Shown here in pieces: positions 12,463 to 27,067 of a stretch of DNA of 64,000 nucleotides (positions are counted from its first letter, which is position 1; every line of letters starts with the position of its first letter). Under the pieces are notes generated by a model, which saw only the letters and a list, made by a program, of their open reading frames with translations, did not search any database and had not been told where the DNA came from. The position numbers and the translations under genes are program-made. Source of the stretch: Octopus vulgaris (taxonomy: Eukaryota); contig OX597815.1 in assembly GCA_951406725.2 (NCBI GenBank), positions 70,432,001-70,496,000 on the forward strand, written 5' to 3'.

Positions 12463-12979
12463 CTAGCAGTATCGCCCGGCGTTGCTCGAGTTTGTAAGGG
12501 AAATAACTATATAAGCATTTTTAGAGAGTTACTTCCTTTATAGATGCCAATTCGGGCTTTCTTAGCCATTTCTGTTTTGGTGTCTTCAAGCCATGAAGTC
12601 GTTGTTCTAAAAGAACGCTGGTCTCCTTGACAACGCATTACGACGTTGATTTCCTTAAACTCCCTTCCCCACAGCTTCACGAGGGAGGGAAGAAGGGGGA
12701 GAAGCAAACACAGGTGCAGGTGTTTGAGCGTGGACGCCAACTCCGCCGCCATCGACACACGAAAAATTATGCATTAAAATGGAATAAAAAATGATGTTAA
12801 ATTATTTTTAAAATCGTAGACTCATCGTAGACGTGCGCTAATAGCCAGACGGGCTCGATATTAATCACGACTATAAGATACCCGAATTTGGTTAAACTGC
12901 ACCGCAAAATGTGGGAGGAGTTAGGAATCTAAATCGTAGGAGACAGACACTCACACAACTACAGTTTTATATATATAGA
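12463..12979 (-). mobile_element. Non-autonomous Helitron
   Basis: On - strand: 5' TCTATATAT...3' hairpin (GAGCAACGCCGGG) plus CTAG, between A and T. Shares its 3' about 70 bp with the copies at 18846 and 45739 but has a different interior. Confidence 0.7.
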
Positions 12980-13109
12980 TATAAGAGAGTTAACGTTAAG
13001 TGGCTAACTCTAGTGCTAGAAATAGCTCCTTATTCTGGTATAGCCACCGAAGATTGTTTCCACAGAAGAAATAACATTACCTTCAACTGTATGTATGTAT
13101 GTATGTATG

Positions 13110-13268
<159 letters not shown>

Positions 13269-13338
13269 ATGCATGTATATATATATATATATATATATAT
13301 ACGTATACATATACATATCTATATATATATATACACAT

Positions 13339-13526
13339 ATACAAAATAAGAAAATGGAGAAATACATTTAAATCAAATATCAATTACCAGATAGTACTCA
13401 ATCACATACTTTATTAAACCACCACATATAGTTTCTTATGTGGTGGTTTAATAAAGTATGTGATTGAGTACTTTCTGGTAATTGATATTTGATTTAGACG
13501 TATTTCTCCATTTTCTTATTTTGTAT
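13339..13526. repeat. 90-bp-arm fold-back palindrome (Penelope-like inverted end)
   Basis: Arms 13339-13428 / 13437-13526 near-perfect, 8-nt loop TAGTTTCT, adjacent to (TA)n. Confidence 0.85.
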
Positions 13527-13816
13527 TATGAATTTGTGGTAAAACTTTTTACCTTTGCCCATATAATACAGTAATTGAATTGATTGCATCGCAATCCTTA
13601 ACATTTATGTATTAACCTTGTTGGGTACTTCACTAGCAGTATATTGGATATACGTTATCCCATGGAGGGTTGCATTTACAACCCCTATCTCAATTTGTAT
13701 ATACACATATACATATATGTATATATATATATATATATATGCGTGTGTATGTGTATATATATACATATATAGATACACACACACACACAGAAACACACAC
13801 ACACACATATGCATAC

Positions 13817-14160
13817 AGCCGCAGAAGTGGCTGTGTGGTAAGAAGCTTGCTCACCAACCACATGGATCCGGGTTCAGTCCCACTGTGTGACACTTTGGGT
13901 GTTTTCTACTATAGCCTCGAGCCGACCAAATCTTTGTGAATGAATTTGATTGACGGAAACTGAAAGAAGCCCGTCGTATATATGTGTGTGTGTGTGTGTG
14001 TGTCTTTGCGACTGTGTTTATCCCCACGTCCTCGTAACTTAGAAGACCGATAGAAAAAGTACTAGGCTAAAGAAATAAATCCGGGTGTCGATCTGATCAA
14101 TTAAGAATCCTTCAAGGCAGTGCTCCAGCATGGCTGAAACAAGTAAAAGAATAAGAGAAT
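13817..14160 (+). mobile_element. tRNA-derived SINE family B (head GCAGGAGTGGCTGTGTGGTAAG, tail ...CAGCATGGCCGCAGTC...GTAAAAGA)
   Basis: A box TGGCTGTGTGG, B box GGTTCAGTCC, central microsatellite. Matches the copy at 26221. Confidence 0.8.
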
Positions 14161-14672
14161 ATATATATATGTATATATATATTTGTTGTCTTTTATTTAA
14201 TCTTAATATCTATACATGTCTGTCCGCCTGTCTCTTTCTCTCTATCATCTATCTATCGGTCAATTGAATCTGAATATCGAAGACGTGTAACTCGGTCTAA
14301 ATATTTGCGAAGTTTTAGCTTGGAAATGATATATAATTCTCCCTGTTTCACTCTCCCTCTCTCTTTTCCTCTCTCTCTCTCTCTCTCTCCCCTCTCATTC
14401 TCCTTTTCTCTCTCCCTCCCTCACTCTTCACTCACTCACTCACTCATTCACTAACTCATTCACTCACTCACTCACTCACTCACTCTCTCGCTCACTTTCT
14501 TATATGAGTGAGCATATAAGAAAGTGAGCGTGTCTGTGCGTGTGTGTGTATAGAAACTATTATTTCGATGCAAAGCAGCAGTCAACTAAGGGGGACAACT
14601 ATGCAGTTCCAAACATTATTCACGTTATAAACAACACACACACACTCGTACACACACACACACACGCACAGC

Positions 14673-14703
<31 letters not shown>

Positions 14704-15406
14704 ACAACCCACACATGCATACGCACACGCGCGCGCATTTTTGTGTGCGTTGGTGTCTATGTGTGTGTATATGTATATATATATATATATATATGCATAT
14801 ATGCAAATTATATATAAATTATATGTTCCTATAATACCCACAATTGTATATGTATTATCTCTGGTTTCAGTCATTAGACTGTGGCCATGCTGGGGCACCG
14901 CCTCGAAGAATTTTTAGTCGAATGTATCGACTCCAGTACCTATTTTTTAAAGCTTGGTACTTATTCTATCGGTCTCTTTTGCCAGTTAACCACAAGCACT
15001 ATATACTTGGTCTTCACTTCGGCTTTATTATTCTTATCTTAGTGTTCCTTGTCTGAAATCTTTAGTCACACATCCTGTGACCTCTTTAGCGATTCTCCTT
15101 TCCTTGAGTCTCCTGTTCTGTTTAGTCCATTTTGTCTTTCAAGACACGTGGGATAGAGAGTCGCTGAAGAGGATTAGGATTCAGTCTAATTTGGATATAC
15201 GACTTAGGATGAAGGAATTTTAAAATTGCATTTATTTAAACTGTTCATCTGGAATATATATACATATACATACATACATACATACATATAGTATGGGAAT
15301 ATATTCGGTTTAAGTAATTGAGATTCAAGTGAATTCTAATGAATTCACATGACTATGGTCCTTAACTAGGATGCACTAGGATGTTTGGGAATTCTCTGAT
15401 GTTTTT

Positions 15407-15490
15407 TCGGCTGACGAGTACGAGCCATCTGTATTTACTGCATTTTTTGTAGCTTATTAAAGATGTCCTCGTACGAAACAATTGTACCGA
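15407..15490 (+). ncRNA. Type I hammerhead ribozyme (intact core, palindromic stem III)
   Basis: TCGG-CTGACGA(15411-17)-GTACGAG..CATCT/AGATG..CTCGTAC-GAAA(15475-78)-CAATTG-TA-CCGA. GTA cleavage after 15486. Confidence 0.8.
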
Positions 15491-15520
15491 GATTTTAATC
15501 CATTCTTGTTGCTTTTTTCC

Positions 15521-15582
<62 letters not shown>

Positions 15583-15697
15583 TGTATGTATGTATGTATG
15601 TATGTATGTATGAATGTATGTATGTATGTATGTATATATATATATATATGTATATATATATGTATGTATGTATATATATATATATATATATATATGC

Positions 15698-15738
<41 letters not shown>

Positions 15739-15779
15739 TTTAAATATGTATGTATATATATGTATATGTATATGTATAT

Positions 15780-15842
<63 letters not shown>

Positions 15843-15919
15843 AACTTTAGGTTAGTTAAAATATGTTTAACTATCTTAAAGTTCGCTTATGCCTAAGCCC
15901 TGCTTGGTGTTGATACTGC

Positions 15920-15975
<56 letters not shown>

Positions 15976-16413
15976 CACACACATACACACATATATATGC
16001 TCTCTTTGCTTATGACAGCCCATCAAAGGTGTTGACAGCGTCGATCCAAGACATTTATCCACCTCTAGCCTCCAGCACATTGTTTCTCATGGCAGCAAAC
16101 GTCTGGCTGACAAGACCGATACGAGATAAGCAGATCCTGTAGCTTGGAGGGTATGAAAGTGACACCAATCAACGACTGCAGAGAGTTCGTGACAACGTCT
16201 CCTCCTCTCTCTCCATGCAGTCTCCTGCGTTCGGTTTCAAAGCGCTCTACTCCAACACGACAAATGGATCTCCATGCCTTCCGATTAACAGCCAGGGCCT
16301 CCGGCCGATTGGGAAGAAGATCGCATAAAATGAGAGACCGCTCGAGATGATCATGGAAACGGAATTTTGGACGTCCATGAGACTTACTTCCATATTGCTT
16401 CTCTCGTTATTCG

Positions 16414-16550
<137 letters not shown>

Positions 16551-17221
16551 TGCCAGATCACGTGTTTTCGCTCTGTTTTGGCTCCCCGGTGCCAGATATC
16601 CGCTCACATGATAACAGCTTAATCTTTCCTGAACGATATAGAGAATATCAGTGTCTATTAGGCACTGATATTCTATTTATCGTTGACAAGAGATTCGGCT
16701 GTTATGACGCGACCGGATGTCTGTCCCTGAGGAGCTCAAAACAGACCAAAATCAAGTGATCTGGCAGTTCTGGCAGCCGTTGCAGACGGTTTTCGTCTGT
16801 CAACTATATAAATGAGTGTGTTTTTATCCACCACGAGTCCAGATGAGAAGTCCTCTCAGGAGAAATAACGCAGTATTATTTGTTCTAACACAACCTCCGC
16901 GTTAAGTTAGAGATAATGATAACCTTCTGGTATCGACACTACTTCTGTTAATATGAATTATTTCTTAATAAGCCCACTAGCTATTTGCGCCATCAGTGCC
17001 TAAATAGATACTGGCATTCTTTATATCGTTGATGGGATATTTGGCTGTTATGACGCGAAGGGATATCTGTAACTGAATTGTAGAAAACAACGAAATCATA
17101 TGATCTGAAAGTTACGGCGGCCATTGCAAACGGTCCTCCTCTGACAACGGTATGAATAAAACAGAATGATTCAGTGCACCACGAGTCCATATAAGAGCTT
17201 CTTTCAATGTAAATAACGCAG

Positions 17222-17260
<39 letters not shown>

Positions 17261-17290
17261 GTATGACTATATGTATGTATGTGTGTGTGC

Positions 17291-17345
<55 letters not shown>

Positions 17346-17348
<3 letters not shown>

Positions 17349-17646
17349 GGATCACGGGACCGACCAGACCATCAGATGTTGTTACACATAGCTGGTCACA
17401 ATGCGTTCGCATTGTTTTAGCCTTCAAATGACGCCACCCCGCTGGCTAAGCGAGTAGGCCAACAGAAGAAAGAGTGGGAGAAAGAGTGGTGAAAGAGTAC
17501 AGCAGGGATCACCACCCCCTGCCGGAGCCTCGTGGAGCTTTTAGGTGTTTTCGCTCAATAAACACTCACAACGCCCGGTCTGGGAATCGAAACAGCGATC
17601 CTGCGACCGGAAGTCCGCTGCCCTAACCACTAGGCCATTGCGCCTC

Positions 17647-17648
<2 letters not shown>
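17346..17648 (-). mobile_element. tRNA(Arg-like)-derived SINE family C (OK-like)
   Basis: Minus-strand head GGAGGCGCAATGGCCTAGTGGTTAGGGC...GTTTCGATTCCC (A/B boxes), complete body and tail between microsatellites. Confidence 0.8.
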
Positions 17649-17686
<38 letters not shown>

Positions 17687-17757
17687 CATACACACACATA
17701 TACACATATACATACACACATACATACATACATACATACATACATGCATTCATACAT

Positions 17758-17905
<148 letters not shown>

Positions 17906-18523
17906 CGTAGTAAGAAATTTGTTCGTACTGAATTCATCTTCCCTAATATGCGTAGCTTAGAGACAAATGTGTTTCGGTTGACTGACATGCAGTAATAAAA
18001 CGAAGTCTCTAGTGTACCACCTACAAATTCATTGAAATGTGGGACTTTTAGCAAGAAGAAAATTAATCAATCAGATTACATGATAGAAGTCCATAACAAC
18101 TCACTCAACATTTTACAGTTCTTTATTGTACAGTTCTCTCCTTATTTAAGAATAAACGAACTGGTAAGATTAAAGATTTAAATCTTATTTCTAGGTTTGG
18201 GCCAAAGATTAACAATACAAACAATTATCAACACATACTGAAACAAATATGAACGCAATGGGTTAAGTACTTTCAAATGATAACTCTAGCTCATTGGCTA
18301 GATCGGCTAATCAAAAGGGTGTGTAATATGATATATAAATATTGTATAAGCAACACTTCCAGTAAGAAGAAAATTGTCTGAAAAATAAGCTTCGTTATAA
18401 TTTTATTCCTTATCAGATGTCGGGCATATGTCAATCTGTTGTTCATTAGACCAGTGATTAAATAGGGGCAACAGAACAAGATTGGAGATCTCAGTGATTA
18501 TAGACTTTGATACTTTGTGTATA

Positions 18524-18572
<49 letters not shown>

Positions 18573-18845
18573 TGTAGTACAGGGGTTGGGGATAAATTTG
18601 AGTTTTACTTTTGTCTAAGTCTTCTTTCCGGTATAAGTAATGTTACAAGCATTATTATAACTATCTTCCTGATGTCCTGAGATTATATTTTTTCTTGCAC
18701 TTTTGCAAACTTGTAACAAAAATCCATAATGTTCATATTTCGAGCGTATGCACGTGATCAAAGTATGCGTATTAATATTCATACAAACATCCTTTATCAT
18801 ATTTCTAGTTTTTAATATTTGTCCTGATTGACATTACATTCTATA

Positions 18846-19229
18846 TCTCTCTATATATAAACGGCAGTTTGTCTGTGCGTGTTTCTGTGTGTCTGTTTGC
18901 TTGTACCCTCACCCTGACCACGGCTTTCAACCGATTCTGATGAAACTTGACACACACATAGCCCAATGTCATAATTCAAAACTAACGCAGCGAAAATTTT
19001 GAAAAGTTCCCCCAGTTCTGAAAAAAATCGATAAATTCGACATGGGGTCGAGAATCAGAAACACGAACCACAAACTGTCTAGGGGATGCAACTCCACCTT
19101 TTTTAAATCTCAAAAAAAATTTACCATCATTTTTTTCCATTTTTTTGCTATTTTTTGGCTATAACTCTCTAAAAATGCTTTATAGTTATTTCCCTTACAA
19201 ACCTGAGCAACGCCGGGCGATACTGCTAG
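18846..19229 (+). mobile_element. Non-autonomous Helitron
   Basis: 5' TC(TCTC)TATATATAAAC, 3' CCTGAGCAACGCCGGGCGATACTG-CTAG|T. Near-identical to 45739-46100. Confidence 0.75.
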
Positions 19230-20485
19230 TCACCAATAAATGTCAAATGTCATACCTTTCATAATTTTTATCTTTGTGTCAAGAAATAGGCAAGTACCCA
19301 TAACTCTTCACGGAGTCTCCAAATGTGATGGGACGGAAAGAGGAAGTTATACTCAAACCGGAGATCGGGCCTTAATGGTTGCAACAGAATGGAGTCCAGG
19401 TGATAATGTAAAATTTAGCAACGGATTAAATCTACCACACAAGTTGGCCATGGCGGGATTTCAATTCAGACAGAAAGAACTGAAACAAATAGTACAAGGC
19501 ATTCGTCTAATGTTCTTTCAGTACCACCAATCCATTACCTTGGATTGGAATTTTTTCTGTTTTCGACCCCGAAGAGATGAACAACCAAGTCGACATGTGT
19601 GACAGATGAACTCGGAGCGGCGAGTGTTAGAACTCGCGAACGACTCTGCCAGTTCGACTCCTGAGATTATTACTGTTGGAAAATCCCGGGCTCCCTTCAC
19701 ACACTGCCATATCCTATCATCGTTTGTCTATCCTTGTTCTTGTTTTTGTATTTAATAAAAATAATTACCTACGCTGCATGTCTATAATTCATTTTTTTTT
19801 GTATTTGCAGGGTGTTTTAGAGTTCTGTCTCTTGGCATTGGTTCAAGGTAAAATATTATCACCATCACAGCAATCCATTGATTAGATGTTGGTGTATGGT
19901 GAGAAGTCGAGATTCCTGGAATGCTGTTTATTCGTAGCTTATGTGTATGTGCATATATATATATATACAACAACAACAACAACAACAGATGCATTATTAT
20001 TATTCTTCTTCGCCTAACTCTTTCAATACGTTTGGATTTGGGCGTCTATATTCAGACAGGTGCAGGGCATGCATGATTTTGATGGAACGTTGTGTATTCA
20101 GTCGGTTATTTGTGAATGTATGCATAACTAGAGAACAAATCCGTAAGTACATATATGTCGTTTGCACATAGTCGCACTATCACCGACCCTGTCTTGTTTT
20201 TTTTTTCACTATTTCAATACCTGGTTCTCTCGAAACTATGAAATTATATATATATATATATATATTATATTATATTAAATTAGAGATAAAACCACTATTA
20301 GGCAAATCAAACAATGAGAAACATAAGCCAATACGTAAAATTAATTAATATATATTATTTTAAATATATATCAAAAGTATTAAAAGTTTAATAAAAGATA
20401 AAGAGTAAAACACTACGATCGTTTCATGGCTGTACAATTTGTAATAATTCGAGTATATATATATAAACATCTATATCTATATCTA

Positions 20486-20614
<129 letters not shown>

Positions 20615-20813
20615 TAAAAACGGTAAGATAACAAAAGAAGGAAAGAGACCTCAATATTATGTAAATAATCTCTTCAGTTATCCGGCCATCTACCATTAGT
20701 TCCTTTTACAAAGAATCTACCATTAGTTCCTTTTACAAAGTACGTGGAAATGATTCATTTATAACATTTTTTTAAAGTTAAGCCTCCGTGATAGATGATG
20801 ATAGACATAAGTA

Positions 20814-21247
20814 TTAACCCGTTTGACAGGAACCTGCCAAAGACCACAACTAATTTTATGATACAAATTTCCTGTTTTAAAATTGGCTCTGATTAAACGC
20901 AAGATCAGCATTTATGGAAGAAGCAGGTTAATCCATACTATCGACCCAGCGCTAGATTGGTACTTGTTTTATCGACTCCGGAAATATAAAAGGCAAAGTT
21001 ATCCTTGGCGAGATTTGAACTTAAAGCATAGAGAGCCGGAAGAAATATCGCTCGGTATATTATCCTATACTCCAACGATTTTGCCAGCTTGCGTTAGATT
21101 AAGAATGTTCCATGAAACCTTTTACTTTATGCTTTAAATAATAGTTTAACAATGACAAAGTTGTTTTATTAAATTCTTTATTATTTTCAAAATTAATTGG
21201 AACAAAAACAATGTATATCAACAGAAAAATGCCAACGAGAAAGTTAA
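20814..21247. mobile_element. TTAA-flanked (piggyBac-like) MITE with nested family-A SINE (about 20905-21095)
   Basis: TTAACCCGTTTG... / ...GAGAAAGTTAA ends. Interior homologous to 39984-40156. Confidence 0.55.
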
Positions 21248-21462
21248 TATTATTACTAGAAGCCAATAATCATTAATATCATTGGGTGCTGGTATGGTCG
21301 AATGCTTGGGATTTTGGAGTATTACTAATTATTGCGTTCAAATTTTGGCACAACACCAACAATTTCGTGGGGTGGGGTGAGGTTAAGTCGATTAAATCAA
21401 CCTCAGTGTTCAGTGACGTTCCCTGGTTCAATCCCAACGCGTAGCATCTAGAACACGTTTGA

Positions 21463-21685
21463 GTCGGCGAGCTGACAGAATCGTTAGCACACCGGGCAAA
21501 ATGCTTAGCGGCATTTCGTCCGTCTTTACGTTCTGGGTTCAAATGCCACCGACGTCGACTTTGGCTTTCATTCTTTCGGGGTCGATAAAATAAGTACCAG
21601 CCGAACACTGGGGTTAATTTAATCGACTTAACCTCATCCCTCCCGCCCCGAAATTGCTGGCCTTGTGCCAAAATTTGTAACCAAT
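21463..21685 (+). mobile_element. SINE family A
   Basis: GGCGAGCTGACAGAATCGTTAGC head, GGTTCAAAT B box, TTTCGGGGTCGATAAAATAAGTACCAG core. Confidence 0.8.
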
Positions 21686-22039
21686 AATTATTAATACCAT
21701 TCAAAAAAAAACCTGACGAAACAAATATGAAAGAATATTTTATCATCATTATAAATAAATGAATAAATAAGTAAATAAATAAACAAATGAAAGAAAATAA
21801 AGAATAAATAAAGTAAAAAAGAAAGCTGAAAATCCGTTTAGTTTTGCTGCAAATTAAATTTTGAACGTTTCCTGTCTATAATAAGGTGAGTTACGAAGGA
21901 GGAAATGCCGCTTATAGCGGCAATAAATGCCATTACGATTACACTCCTGTCAATTTTGTAAGTTAGCAAAGCATTTTATGTGTGGCTGTTGTTTCGTCAG
22001 GCTTTTAGTAATGGTATAGGGTTCTGTTGGTAATAGTAG

Positions 22040-22474
22040 TTTCAAATTTTGGCATAGGGCTATCAGTTTTAGCGGGAGAGGGCAAGTCGATTAGATCGAC
22101 ACCAATTCTTAACTAGTACTTAATTTTATCGACCCCAAAAGGATGAACGTCAAAGTTGACATTGGAGGCATTTGAACTCAGACCGTAAAGCCAGAAGAAA
22201 ACGGCGCTGAACATTTTGTCCGGCGGGCTAACAATTATTCCAGCTGACTGCCTTAATAATAATCAATCCTTCCTATAATAGGCACAAGGCCTGAAATTTG
22301 GCGTAAGGAAGGCTACTCCATTACATCGACCCCAGTTTCAGCCCGAAAGGATGAAAAGCAAAATCAATTTCGACAACCTTTGAACTTAAAGTGCAAAGAC
22401 GAGCGAAATGCTGCTAAGCATTTTCTGCGGTGCTCTAACGATTATGCCAGCTGGCTGCTTCAATAATAATAAGA

Positions 22475-22540
<66 letters not shown>

Positions 22541-22932
22541 TGATAATTACTATAGACACAATGCCTGAAACTTTGGAGGAAAGGGCCAAGTCGATTGCAT
22601 TGACCCCACTGTTCCACTGGTACTTATTTTATCAGTCCTGAAAAGGATGGAAGGTAAAGTTGAACTCGGCAGAATTTGAACTCAGAATCTAAAGATGGAC
22701 GAAATGTTGCCAAGCCTTTTGTCCGGAGTGCTAACAATTTTGTCAATTTCAGCACAAGGCCAGCATTTACAGGAGGAGGGATATAGCCGAATCCACCAAC
22801 TTAAGAGCTCAATTGTTACTTTTAGTAACGAACCCAAAAAGATGAAAGACAAAGTTGACTTCGGTGACATTTGAACTCAGAACACTAAACATTTCGTTCG
22901 GTATGCTATAGATTCTGCGAGCTCTTCGCCTT
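22040..22932 (-). mobile_element. Array of four diverged family-A SINEs
   Basis: Repeated ATCGACCCC..AAGGATGAAAG.CAAAGTTGAC...TTTGAACTCAGA units (about 22040, 22265, 22545, 22750), partly separated by (AAT)n. Confidence 0.75.
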
Positions 22933-23284
22933 CTATCGGTATAAATACTTATGTAAGTTTACTGCTGTGTGACCACTGTTAATCAGAGACATAGGTAGTG
23001 ATGTTTCTTGATCAATTAACCTTTTAGCAGAATCGCTAGCGTGTGGATAAAATATGCTTTGCGATATTTCCTCCAGCTCTTAAAGTTCCGGGTTCAAATC
23101 TCGATGAAGTCAACTTTGCCCTTCATCCTTTCAGGGTCGTTAAAATGAAATACCGTTTAAGAACTGGGATCGATTTAATTGAAAAGTCCCCTGACACCAA
23201 ATCTGTATGTATTAGAAATAAATATTATGATACTAGAGTTATCACATGCAAATTTAATCAGCAAAGGTGTTATTCTTAAAACTT

Positions 23285-23760
23285 AAAAATTCTTCGTAGG
23301 CTATATACTGAATACAGGATGGCACTTTTCTTCTTGCGTGCCTCAATTCCAATATCCTGCAGCCGCTTAGAGAGCAATTTGGGTGCGGTGCCGAGTGCTC
23401 CAATTGCTACAGGAACAAATTTTATCACTCTGTCCTAAAATATTTTCATTTCTATGGCTTGGTCCTCATATTTCCTTTTTATCTGTTCAACAATTATACG
23501 CAATTGCAAAGTCAATGACCTTACTCTGTTCTTTATGTCCTACGGTGAGATTGGTGGTTTTCTTGTTTTAATTGTTCTTCCGATCAAGCTACTCCTCGTG
23601 TTCTAGGGTGTGGAGCAGCTTGTACATATATTGTATATTTAAGCATATACATGCATATACAAACATGGTGATTGCTCCATCTTCACATACGATTCTGTCT
23701 CTTTGTGCTTCCTCGCTGTCAATGGCATTCCTAACTTTCTGTCAATGACCTCTCAGAAGA
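23285..23760 (-). mobile_element. R4/Dong-clade 3' fragment
   Basis: Minus-strand VIDFAI...PVAIGALGTAPKLLSKRLQDIGIE...KSAILYS, homologous to 10176-10523. Confidence 0.65.
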
Positions 23761-24521
23761 CTATTCAATCTCGATGCAGACTTGCATGTTTTGAGGTATA
23801 GGTAACAGACGAAAGCTGTAACTTCCACTGGATGTAGGTGACAGGCAATGTTTAATGCATGTTTTATGGCATCTTTGCAGGAATTTGGGTGAACTGTGTT
23901 CTCCCTAAAAAAGGTCTGCTCATGCATGCATAGAACATACATGTATGACATACATGCATGCATGCATACATACATACATACATACATACATACATACATA
24001 CATACATACATACATACATACATAATCAATGAGCATGTTTAGACATGCAAATATATGCATGAAATACATTCATGACATACATACATACATACATACATAC
24101 ATACATACATACATACATACATACATACATACATACATGCATGCATACATGCATACATATATACATACATACATACACACATACATACATACATACATAT
24201 ATACATACATACATACATACATACATACATACATACATACATACAAACATACATACATACATACATACATACATACATACATACATACATACATACATAC
24301 ATACATACATACATACATACATACATACATACATACATACATACATACATACATACATACATACATACATACATACATACATACATACATACATTTAAAT
24401 TGATATATACATATTCGCTATAAAGTATTGATTGAACCATTCAGTAAGACGTTCATTTTCAAATGAAACATTCTGCTGGGACTATCTTTTAAGAATCCAA
24501 ACTCATACTTCTAAATTACAA

Positions 24522-25480
<959 letters not shown>

Positions 25481-26029
25481 ATATCAAACATCCATTACTT
25501 CGTAGATTTGGAATCGTACAATCCTACAATCATTTCTCGCCAGCTATTTGGTGTATATTTTCTAAACTAAGTATCAAAGAATGTGAAGCATTCACTGAGG
25601 TGGGTCAGAAAAGGAAACTTGAGTTTAAACACGTCTGTCCTCGAATATACTATTCAGTAACAGGATATGTACTCATCGCTGACAAAGACCAACAATAGCT
25701 TAACTGTCTGTCAATGCTTCGGCCATAAATGTTATAAAGGGAGATAACTATTTAGGTCAGTTCTGCCGCCATTTTAATGAAACAGAATATACTGCAACTA
25801 AACGAATCTTTTGTTTGATCATATTTTAAAATTTGAAATTATATAACTAGTTGAGGATTATTTTCTGTTGACTTTAATAGAATTAGAACTTACGCTTTTA
25901 AATGCAATTTTTGTCCTTTCAGAATCTGAATTCATTTAACAGGTAAATAAATATGAGAAAAGAGTATTAGAAGTTATTGGTAAGAGGAATCACATATTAT
26001 ATGGTATATATATATATATATATATATAA

Positions 26030-26215
26030 AGAGAGTTTACGAAAAAAACAAAAGACGAAAACAAGTGGTGTACAAAACAAAGAGATGTATTAGTATAACG
26101 CTCAGGAATAGAAAAAGTCTTTTACGTTTCGAGCCTACGCTCTTCTACAGAAAGGGACACAGAAAAAACAAAGAGAGAAACAAGGAGAGAAAAAAAGGAG
26201 AGAAAAAATATATTA
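26030..26215 (-). mobile_element. (TA)n-inserted Penelope-like terminal fragment with variant hammerhead-like motif
   Basis: Same family at 33008-33170 (-) and 36225-36410 (+). Motif CTTT-CTGTAGAA-GAGC gtag GCTC-GAAA-CG-TA-AAAG at 26154-26119. Confidence 0.55.
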
Positions 26216-26220
26216 TATAT

Positions 26221-26386
26221 AGGCGCAGGAGTGGCTGTGTGGTTAGTAGCTTGCTAACCAACCACATCGTTCCGGGTTCAGTTCCACTGCGTGGCATCTT
26301 GGGCAAGTGTCTTCTGCTATAGCCCCGGGCCGACCAATGCCTTGTGAGTGGATTTGGTAGACGGAAACTGAAAGACGCCTGTCGTA

Positions 26387-26451
<65 letters not shown>

Positions 26452-26654
26452 TTGTGTTTATCCCCCTAGCATTGCTTGACAACCGATTCTGGTGTGTTTA
26501 CGTCCCCGTCACCTAGCAGTTCGGCAAAAGAGACCGATAGAATAAGTACTGGGCTTACAAAGAATAAGTCCCGGGGTCGATTTGCTCGACTAAAGGAGGT
26601 GCTCCAGCATGGCCGCAGTCAAATGACTGAAACAAATAAAAGCGTAAAAGAGTA
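26221..26654 (+). mobile_element. Full-length SINE family B
   Basis: Complete head, TTGGGCAAGTG core, internal (TA)/(TG) tract, 3' GTAAAAGAGTAA tail. Confidence 0.85.
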
Positions 26655-26665
26655 ATATACATACA

Positions 26666-26701
<36 letters not shown>

Positions 26702-27067
26702 TATATATATTTATAGGTATATATTACATATATAAGCTGTTTAAAATAAATGTTTGGAAGCACACATGTATTGTGCGGTCATCCTTATCTAAAAGCGTAG
26801 TCTTATACCTAATCACCAATGATATTACGATGACCAAAACCAAGAAGTTTAATAATGAGAAATGCAAGATCACCATGTGCTCGATTACCGTAATTCAATT
26901 TTAATTTTTAACAACATTCAGACATTTCCAAATACCGTTGATGTTGATTCAAAACATTCCCAAAATAATTTTTCCCTTGATCTCACATTACATCTTATTG
27001 ACGTCACCCTCTCAACTAAACAGTTATTTGTACACATTAATCAGACAGTACTGCTATAAAATCTTAA

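Noticed and set aside
17560-17648. tRNA-like sequence
   Set aside because: Continues into a SINE body with no acceptor-stem closure or terminator, so it is a SINE head and not a tRNA gene. The same applies to the other A/B-box hits.
21700-22015. CTGACGAAAC inverted pair as hammerheads
   Set aside because: No stem II between the core halves. CTGATGAAAC in the Helitrons was rejected for the same reason.
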